DNA of 64,000 nt, taken from assembly GCA_964453435.1 (NCBI GenBank), contig CAYVQZ010000022.1:4782-68781 (forward strand), written 5' to 3'. Below are positions 55,642-64,000 of this stretch, piece by piece. The position numbers and the translations under genes are program-made. Origin of the DNA: an uncultured bacterium (GTDB lineage Bacteria > Abyssobacteria > SURF-5). The notes beneath the pieces are model-generated. The model made no database searches. It saw only the letters and a list, made by a program, of their open reading frames with translations, and had not been told where the DNA came from. Each line of letters starts with the position of its first letter. Positions within the stretch are counted from its first letter, which is position 1.

Positions 55642-55671
55642 ATTCTACCATTTGTCGTTTGGAGTTGTAAA
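55642..55671 (-). promoter_or_regulatory. Candidate extended -10 sigma-70 promoter for the patatin gene
   Basis: Minus strand reads TTTACA, an 18-nt spacer, then TGgTAGAAT, about 40 nt upstream of ATG 55600. Confidence 0.3.
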
Positions 55672-55920
55672 GGCGGGAGAGCGAATCGGCCGGCGAACTC
55701 ATTCCGTAAACGTTGATTGAGACGCCACGGCGGCTGCGTGAGGAGAAGGATTCTTCGAAACTGCCCGAGGCCTGACTCGCTGTAGCATTGCCGGCACGCG
55801 TCCTGCGTGACTGGCGGGATAGATTGGCAGACTGCCCCCAAAGCGAGGTAATCGAGTCGTTAGACAAATTCCCCGCACACAAGGGCAAATATCGAAGACC
55901 GGATTTGCACAACGTAACCC

Positions 55921-55976
55921 AAAAAGCACGGCTGCGCCGGCAACCATGGCGTGGGTGGAAGAACAAACCGGCGCAG
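55921..55976 (-). terminator. Possible terminator after the 178-aa gene
   Basis: On the minus strand a 9-bp stem pairs CTGCGCCGG with CCGGCGCAG (55968-55976 / 55932-55940) around a 27-nt loop. A TTTTT run follows 6 nt later. The large loop lowers confidence. Confidence 0.35.
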
Positions 55977-56007
55977 TGCAATCAAGGTCGAAACGTAATT
56001 GGCCACA

Positions 56008-56544
56008 TTAGCGCTCGAATACGAGATGCTTTACCGTATAGGGATCACCCAGGAAAAAGTCTCCCTTTTCCGTTTTTCCTTCGATAGTGCCGAAATCGGC
56101 ATTCATGAGCACGTCCTTCGTCGTTCCGTCCGCAAGAACCATTTTTGCAGAGGTGACATTCTGGATGTATGGAATGTCTTTCGTCACTCGATGAATACAA
56201 CCGCTGAACCGTATTTCTTTTACTTTTTGAATGGGAATCTCAGTGCGGCCCGATGCGGTCTGGACCACAAAGCCATCGACCGGTTTTCCCATGTAATCGC
56301 GGATGACAAAATCGCGCACCGTCACGGTGGCCTCTTCCTGCCACATCAGGCCCGGATGAAAAATGACAGCAGGCCGGTAAGCGCGATCAATGGTAATCGT
56401 GATGGTTTTCCCCTGGTCGACAAACGCGGCCGAGTCGGAGATAAGAACGCCCGGCTCCGTCTCACCGGCCGCCTTGGATGCAAAAACGACAACCATCGCC
56501 AATGCGACCAAAACCATTGCGGCAATCCGATATTTCATTGTCAT
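56008..56544 (-). CDS. Secreted 178-aa protein, stand-alone copy of the domain found at the N-terminus of the adjacent OmpA-family protein
   Basis: Signal peptide MTMKYRIAAMVLVALAMVVVFASKAAG with a GGAGG SD. Residues ~47-178 align by eye with OmpA-protein residues ~33-164 (ITITIDR...IFHPG...VQTASGRTEIPI...MNAD.G.IEGKT..G.FFL..PYTV). Confidence 0.55.
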   Translation of the reverse strand: MTMKYRIAAMVLVALAMVVVFASKAAGETEPGVLISDSAAFVDQGKTITITIDRAYRPAVIFHPGLMWQEEATVTVRDFVIRDYMGKPVDGFVVQTASGRTEIPIQKVKEIRFSGCIHRVTKDIPYIQNVTSAKMVLADGTTKDVLMNADFGTIEGKTEKGDFFLGDPYTVKHLVFER

Positions 56545-56585
56545 TGTGATACCTCCACTTTTCGAATCTTTTCACTGAACAAGGC

Positions 56586-57653
56586 CTATCGACTCATTAT
56601 CCGTATTTCAATGCGTCTGTTCTTAGCCCTCCCTTCGGGAGTTTCGTTTGAAGCGATTGGCTTGGACTCGCCAAAGCCTCGCGTTTGCAGCCTGCCCGGA
56701 TTCACTCCCTTCGAAACGAAGTACTCCATGGCTGCGTTTGCCCGTTTCTCCGAGAGCGTCTGGTTGTATTCATCCGACGCTATGCTGTCGGTGTGCCCCT
56801 GAATTTCTATTTCGAGAGTGGGATTCATCTGCAGTATTCGGACATTTTCGTCCATCACACCGTAATATTCGGGTTTGATCTCCCACTTGTCATACTCGAA
56901 GTGCACTCCTTTGATGATCCAGCAGCCGATATCGTTTACGGGAGCGCCTGCAGGCGTGTCGGGACACTCGTCCTTATAGTCCGGTACTCCGTCGCCGTCG
57001 CTGTCAAGCGGGCAACCGTTTTCGTCGACCTCCACTCCCATGGGAGTATCGGGACACAGGTCCTTTTCGTCGACCACGCCGTCGCCATCGCTATCGAGCG
57101 GCGCCGGTTTCCCAGCAACCGGTTTTTCGACTTTCTTCGGCTTCGCGGCGGGTGCTGCAGCCCGATTGAATACAATTCGCCTGACCGTATAGGGATTATC
57201 AAGGAAAAATTCGCCGAGGTCGGTCTTCCCCTCAATCTTTCCCCAGTCGGCGTTCATAATCACGTTCATTTTCGAACCGTCAGTAAGGAAGATATCGGCC
57301 TCGACCGTATTTTGAATGTGCGCAATGTTATTACTGCGTTTCTGAATCCAATTGTTCAGCCGGATTTCTTCGACGGCATAAATCGGAATCTCGGTCCTCC
57401 CCGAGGCCGTCTGAATAACAAAATCTTCAATCGGGTCTCCGTAATAGTTTCGAATGACAAAGTCGTGGACCGTGACAGTTTCCGCTTTTTGAAAGAGCCT
57501 GCCCGGGTGGAAAATGCTTTCGGGCAAGTCCCCGCGGTCAATCGTGATTGTGATGGATTCCGCTTCCCGCTGGCCGGCCGCCGCAAGCGGGCTGAGAAAG
57601 GCGACAATTGCTGGCACAAGAAGAGCCACGAAAAGAAATCGAAGAGGCTTCAT
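56586..57653 (-). CDS. OmpA-family protein: novel N-terminal domain, thrombospondin type-3-like Ca-binding repeats and OmpA C-terminal peptidoglycan-binding domain
   Basis: From ORF 56586..57770, trimmed to ATG 57653 (MKPLRFLFVALLVPAIVAFLSPLAAAG, AAGGGGG SD). DSDGDGV.D..D.CPDTP occurs twice. The OmpA_C segment is IQGHTDSIASDEYNQTLSEKRANA...NRRIEI. Confidence 0.85.
   Translation of the reverse strand: MKPLRFLFVALLVPAIVAFLSPLAAAGQREAESITITIDRGDLPESIFHPGRLFQKAETVTVHDFVIRNYYGDPIEDFVIQTASGRTEIPIYAVEEIRLNNWIQKRSNNIAHIQNTVEADIFLTDGSKMNVIMNADWGKIEGKTDLGEFFLDNPYTVRRIVFNRAAAPAAKPKKVEKPVAGKPAPLDSDGDGVVDEKDLCPDTPMGVEVDENGCPLDSDGDGVPDYKDECPDTPAGAPVNDIGCWIIKGVHFEYDKWEIKPEYYGVMDENVRILQMNPTLEIEIQGHTDSIASDEYNQTLSEKRANAAMEYFVSKGVNPGRLQTRGFGESKPIASNETPEGRAKNRRIEIRIMSR
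56922..57098 (-). other. Two thrombospondin type-3-like repeats within the OmpA-family CDS
   Basis: The two repeats are LDSDGDGVVDEKDLCPDTPMGVEVDENGC and PLDSDGDGVPDYKDECPDTPAGAPVNDIGC. Confidence 0.8.
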
Positions 57654-57978
57654 TTGACAGTTACCCCCTTTTGTCCGTATTTGTCCCCTGCAAATTTTTC
57701 CTATGTGGATTAGCATAAAACGTACCATACGAAACAGTGATTGGCGCCGGAGTTGTATCAGCGCGGGCACGATTGATGCAAATTCAATATCAATAAAGGC
57801 TTATGCCCTCAAAGAAGGGCAAGCGGGGGCGCCTTATGCCTGTTCAGCCTCTTCGAACCGGCGAGAAACCGGCGAAATAAGCACGCCGGTTTACGTTTTC
57901 GTCACATGGAATGCCGGAAAGAAAAGCCGGCAGGCGCAGTTGCCGAACGTCCACAGTGCCGGGACCTCAAAGCCCGTT

Positions 57979-58000
57979 GTCATGCTCGTGTCATGCTCGT
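57979..58000 (+). repeat. Perfect tandem 11-mer GTCATGCTCGT x2 abutting a predicted -35 box
   Basis: The sequence ttGTCATgctcgtGTCATgctcgtTGACA places TGTCAT hexamers 11 bp apart, followed by TTGACA. Confidence 0.9.
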
Positions 58001-58029
58001 TGACATCGACCGAGGGCTTTTGCTAGACT
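58000..58029 (+). promoter_or_regulatory. Candidate sigma-70 promoter for the BON-domain gene
   Basis: TTGACA (58000-58005), an 18-nt spacer, then TAGACT (58024-58029), 54 nt upstream of ATG 58083. Confidence 0.45.
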
Positions 58030-58082
58030 TCTCAAAAATACCGCCGGAAGAACCGTTTCCCATCAACTGAACAGGGCGTGCA

Positions 58083-58898
58083 ATGTTACGAAAGCTGGTA
58101 TTAAGCGCTCTCGCCGTGGCTGCAGTTGCGTTGGCCATTTTTTCGTACACGAAATATTACGCCCGAAAAGACATTTCGCAGGCGCTGCAGGATGCCCGCT
58201 TGACGGCATCCGTTAAAACCGCGCTTGCGCTCAATCGGCATTTAAGAGCCAGTGACATAGACGTTTCGGTTACCAACGGGGAAGTGACCCTTTCCGGCCA
58301 GGTGGGCACCGATATCCAACGGGAGCTTGCCAGGGAAATCGCTCTCAGCATCAGGGGAACGGACAAAGTAGTGAATAATACGGTCGTCAACCGGTCGCTC
58401 ACAGTGAGGCCGGCTGTCCGGGAGCGCACGCTCGGAGAAAAACTTGATGACCTCACAATCGAGGCCTCTATCAAGACCGCGCTCCTGCTGAACGAGAATG
58501 TGCGGGCTCGCGAAATAGGGGTCCGTTCAAAGCGCGGAGCGGTCACGCTCGCCGGGAAAGTGTCATCGGCCGCCGAAGCGGAGTTGGCCCGGAAGATAGC
58601 TGAGGATATTGAAGGTGTTCTCACGGTGGAAAATCATCTCGAAATCGAGAGCGGCGATGAGACCGATGACAGAAAGTTCAGCGAGAAAGTCGACGACACC
58701 CGGATTGTCGCGCAAGTTCGGGCCGCGCTGATGGTAAATCGAAATATCGACTCGACGGAGATCGAGGTCTCGAGCCGTAATGGTATCGTAACACTTACCG
58801 GCATTGTGCCCGGCGGAGCCGAAAAAGACCTTGCCCAGGAGATCGCCGAAGATTGCAGGGGGGTCCAAGGCGTAATAAACGAACTGCGCATTAGGTAA
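58083..58898 (+). CDS. Periplasmic protein with three BON domains (OsmY-like)
   Basis: 271 aa with an N-terminal hydrophobic anchor. Three repeats fit the pattern V..AL.....R...I.V....G.VTL.G.V......LA..IA....GV..V.N. Confidence 0.8.
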   Translation: MLRKLVLSALAVAAVALAIFSYTKYYARKDISQALQDARLTASVKTALALNRHLRASDIDVSVTNGEVTLSGQVGTDIQRELAREIALSIRGTDKVVNNTVVNRSLTVRPAVRERTLGEKLDDLTIEASIKTALLLNENVRAREIGVRSKRGAVTLAGKVSSAAEAELARKIAEDIEGVLTVENHLEIESGDETDDRKFSEKVDDTRIVAQVRAALMVNRNIDSTEIEVSSRNGIVTLTGIVPGGAEKDLAQEIAEDCRGVQGVINELRIR

Positions 58899-58905
58899 GA
58901 CAGAC

Positions 58906-61261
<2,356 letters not shown>

Positions 61262-61457
61262 GAAGTAGCTTCGCACGGTCACAGACGCCGGACATCGTTG
61301 AGAAGAAACTTGAAGGGGAATTACTGTGAGCTCGTCAATTTATCATTCTCAACTGTTGAGTTCTCTCGAGACTGTGGTATTATAACTTCATACAAATCTT
61401 ATATGGCGATTTTCTGTTACACTTCTGACCGATGAGAGTAGCGGCAAGCTTTCAAGC

Positions 61458-62849
61458 ATGAAACGACCGTCCAAAAAAAGTTATCTACCGCTCCAAATGG
61501 ATTTGCCATTACCAGTGTCGCAACCGTTTGAAAATTCTGGAGCGCGCAAGACCGACCGAAACGACATTGCCGCGAACAAGCTCTCGTCGGAGGACCGGCC
61601 TATCCATAATTGGTACCGCTTCGTCCTCTCATTCCCCCCTCACCTCGTGCGCGAATATCTGGAAGACTTCGGAATTACCGAGGGCCACGTCGTGTTGGAC
61701 CCCTTCTGCGGCACAGGAACAACACTGGTTGAGTGCAAGCTGAACGGAATTTGTTGCATAGGGGCTGAGGCGAATCCTTTTGCGCATTTCGCCAGTTCCG
61801 TGAAGGTGGACTGGGGAATTGATCCAGACCTGTTGGAAAAGCATGCTCGCGAGGCTGGCGAGAAAGCTCGCTCTCTTCTTGCCGCACAGGGAATAGATGA
61901 CAACCGACCTTTCCTCGGAAGCACGAAGAATATTTCGTTAACCAATTTGAAGCCCGCCGTATCGAAGCTGATCATAAATAAATCAATAAGCCCTCTGCCT
62001 CTTCATAAAATACTCATCCTGCAAAAGTGTATCGATAACTACAAGGGAGAACGACACTACCATCATGAATTGCTGGCTTTGGCAAAGACGTTGGTGTTCG
62101 GTGTTAGCAACTTGCACTTCGGCCCCGAAGTGGGTGTTAGAAAAATCAAGAGCGACATTCCGGTAATAGCAAGTTGGTTGCACGAAATAGAAAAAATCTG
62201 CGCCGATGTGCGAGCCATTGCGGGCAATGAATACCCACCCTCGGCAGTCCACCTGTTAGATGCGAGAGAGGTCGGGACAGCGCTTCTGAACTCCTCCGTC
62301 GATGCCGTAATAACGTCTCCGCCATACCCAAACGAAAAAGACTATACCAGAACTACACGCCTTGAATCCGTGGTCTTGGGTTTCATCGAAGATAAAGACG
62401 AACTTCGAAGGTTGAAGAAAAATCTTATAAGGTCAAACACTCGCGGCGTTTATAAGGACGACACCGATGACAAGTGGATCAACGATCATGAAGGAATCCT
62501 TAAAATCGCAGAAACTATTGAGAAAAGAAGAGTCGAGCTTGGGAAGAACTCTGGCTTTGAGAAGCTTTATGCCAGGGTAACCAAACTTTATTTCGGAGGG
62601 ATAGCTCGTCACCTCGACAGCCTCCGGTCTGTTCTCCGTCGGGGCGCTCAGCTTGCATATGTTGTCGGAGACCAAGCGTCTTATCTCAGAGTCAGAATCG
62701 AAACAGGCAGACTCATTGCAGAAATAGCCGAATCATTAGGCTACGAGTTGGTGAGGATAGACCAGTTTCGCAATCGCTTCGCCACCGCAACGAAACAAAG
62801 GCTGAACGAAGAGGTCGTTATTTTGCGGTGGAAAGGAGGAAATAGCTGA
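61458..62849 (+). CDS. DNA (N4-cytosine or N6-adenine) methyltransferase, SPPY type, with motif I preceding motif IV
   Basis: 463 aa. The AdoMet motif I is VVLDPFCGTGTTLVECKLNGICCIGAEANP, near residue 80. The catalytic motif IV is VITSPPYPNEKDY, near residue 287. The gene lies in an A+T-richer segment. Confidence 0.8.
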   Translation: MKRPSKKSYLPLQMDLPLPVSQPFENSGARKTDRNDIAANKLSSEDRPIHNWYRFVLSFPPHLVREYLEDFGITEGHVVLDPFCGTGTTLVECKLNGICCIGAEANPFAHFASSVKVDWGIDPDLLEKHAREAGEKARSLLAAQGIDDNRPFLGSTKNISLTNLKPAVSKLIINKSISPLPLHKILILQKCIDNYKGERHYHHELLALAKTLVFGVSNLHFGPEVGVRKIKSDIPVIASWLHEIEKICADVRAIAGNEYPPSAVHLLDAREVGTALLNSSVDAVITSPPYPNEKDYTRTTRLESVVLGFIEDKDELRRLKKNLIRSNTRGVYKDDTDDKWINDHEGILKIAETIEKRRVELGKNSGFEKLYARVTKLYFGGIARHLDSLRSVLRRGAQLAYVVGDQASYLRVRIETGRLIAEIAESLGYELVRIDQFRNRFATATKQRLNEEVVILRWKGGNS

Positions 62850-62853
62850 GAAT

Positions 62854-63651
62854 ATGAAAGACCGAAAGGATCGGTACTCCAAAATCATAGAGGAAGTTTT
62901 CAAGTTGGTCTATCAGGAAGGAGTGACCGAACTTGACTTTGAAAGAACGGATATAAATCGCGCTGCCGAGCGGCTTAAAATAAAACTTCCAAAAAATTTG
63001 GGAGACGTCATTTACTCATTCAGGTACAGAACTTCTTTTCCACCTCAAATAACAAAGATGACCCCAAAGGGGCATGAGTGGATTATCCGTTTGGCCGGTC
63101 GCGGTCGGTATAAATTCGTTTTGGTCAGGAAAATCGACATATCACCCGACGATAAACTGGTTGAGACAAAGATTCCGGACGCCACTCCGGGAATAATCGC
63201 TCGGTACGCAATGACAGATGAACAAGCATTGCTAGCCAGGTTGCGGTATAATCGCCTGATCGATATTTTTACTGGGATTACTTGTTATTCCCTGCAAAAC
63301 CATCTGCGGACTACGGTTCCGAATATCGGCCAGGTGGAGACCGATGAAATTTATGTGGGGATCGATAAACGCGGTGTACATTATATTTTGCCCGCTCAGG
63401 CGAAGGGAGGAAAAGATAAGCTCGGAGTTGTTCAGATAGAACAAGACACGGCATTGTGCGCGGCGAAATTTCCTGCTCTCGTTTGTCGACCCATTGCTGC
63501 ACAGTTCATGCGCGAGGATCTCATTGCGCTCTTCGAATTGCAGGAAACCGAAGACGGAATCAGGGTTTTGACGGAAAAGCACTACAAACTTGTAAATCCC
63601 GATGAATTATCGCCAGCTGAATTGGAAAGTTATCGCACACGCCAATCATGA
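62854..63651 (+). CDS. Candidate restriction endonuclease partner (PD-(D/E)xK-like)
   Basis: 265 aa, starting 4 nt after the methyltransferase stop. A possible nuclease core is VETDEIYVGIDKRGVHYILPAQAKGGKD (D-x10-Q-x-K). I recognise no family. Confidence 0.45.
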   Translation: MKDRKDRYSKIIEEVFKLVYQEGVTELDFERTDINRAAERLKIKLPKNLGDVIYSFRYRTSFPPQITKMTPKGHEWIIRLAGRGRYKFVLVRKIDISPDDKLVETKIPDATPGIIARYAMTDEQALLARLRYNRLIDIFTGITCYSLQNHLRTTVPNIGQVETDEIYVGIDKRGVHYILPAQAKGGKDKLGVVQIEQDTALCAAKFPALVCRPIAAQFMREDLIALFELQETEDGIRVLTEKHYKLVNPDELSPAELESYRTRQS

Positions 63652-63695
63652 AATGACTCTGCAGAATGCGAGGTCGAGAACCTGACGGGAGGCTT

Positions 63696-64000
63696 ATGGA
63701 ACACACGTTTATCAAGGCGTTCAGCATTCCCGAGAGTTGGGTATACCTGGTCAGAGCGATTCTCCAAAAAGGGAGAGATTTCACAATCGATTCGGGAAGC
63801 TACGCGCAGCAGACCAGGAAGGAACTCGACTTCGTGACGGTTCAGATTGAAAAGCCCGCCCACCCGCCGATTGTGCCGACCAGCGGAATGATGCCCCCGG
63901 GCTACACCGGCCCGCCGCCGACCACCCTCGATTATGTGGATAATGATTACGTGCCGAACTATTTGATGTCGGGCGTCAGAACCCAAAAAGAGACATACAC
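63696..64000 (+). CDS. Thymidylate-synthase-like protein (methanogen/archaeal-type ThyA-like N-terminus), partial; runs off the right edge
   Basis: Own translation from ATG 63696 (GGGAGG SD) gives MEHTFIKAFSIPESWVYLVRAILQKGRDFTIDSGSYAQQTRKELDFVTVQIEKPAHPP...NYLMSGVRTQKETY. The family call rests on a remembered pattern only. Not in the ORF track because there is no stop. Confidence 0.35.
   Translation, partial: MEHTFIKAFSIPESWVYLVRAILQKGRDFTIDSGSYAQQTRKELDFVTVQIEKPAHPPIVPTSGMMPPGYTGPPPTTLDYVDNDYVPNYLMSGVRTQKETY

Noticed and set aside
55792-55807. Sigma-54-like -24/-12 element cGGCACGcgtcCTGCg on the plus strand, with correct GG-to-GC spacing.
   Set aside because: It points into a region whose only plus-strand ORFs are shadow ORFs opposite the 178-aa and OmpA genes. 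There is no credible downstream gene until 58083, and no enhancer-binding protein in the window. Probably a chance match.
57868-57900. Hairpin aaccggcg / cgccggtt followed by tacgttttcg, in the divergent OmpA-BON intergenic region.
   Set aside because: It looks terminator-like on the plus strand, but there is no upstream plus-strand gene to terminate, and the T-run is interrupted. Function is undetermined, so it was not called.

Overview
All calls rest on reading the ORF track and raw sequence by eye and on remembered family motifs. No searches or alignments were run.

The window is a GC-rich bacterial chromosomal segment with about 53 protein-coding genes, most on the minus strand. I saw no rRNA, tRNA, CRISPR array, transposase or integrase.

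Housekeeping backbone:
- lon (5' part) and hsp20
- apgM, an Nfu-type Fe-S scaffold, a universal stress protein and a split class I fumarase
- nnrD-pdxJ and glmM-folP-ftsH-hpt-tilS
- rpoD-dnaG-Nif3
- HIT-mtaB-rsmE-dnaJ-dnaK-grpE-hrcA with a near-perfect CIRCE operator
- acyP-ligA

DnaK carries the long N-terminal insert usual in diderm lineages. Together with the OmpA, BON and ArnT-like genes this suggests an uncultivated Gram-negative-type organism. The phylum cannot be assigned from here.

Envelope and accessory blocks interleaved with the backbone:
1. 13.6-20.6 kb is a tightly packed five-gene unit: B12-binding radical SAM, multi-TM processive-type GT2 with a variant QxxRW motif, an 863-aa orphan, a UPF0104 flippase-like protein and a GtrB/ArnC-like GT2. 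This is my best candidate for an undescribed membrane glycolipid or polyprenoid-modification pathway.
2. 45.6-54.0 kb holds two sulfatase-fold proteins that appear to have a Thr nucleophile, two GT-C (ArnT/PMT-like) proteins and a DPM1-like GT2.
3. A patatin phospholipase is fused to a pseudo-receiver domain.
4. A 178-aa protein and an OmpA fusion protein share an N-terminal domain.
5. A secreted FecR / Trp-Tyr-rich / poly-His / basic-tail protein.
6. Two desulforedoxin-like mini-proteins, one of them a tandem single-chain version.
7. An A+T-richer island after ligA (61.3-64.0 kb) carries a motif-permuted SPPY DNA methyltransferase, a PD-(D/E)xK-like partner and a truncated thymidylate-synthase-like ORF.

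A 30-bp promoter-like element recurs three times (3061, 9011, 13506) in the same orientation in long intergenic gaps.
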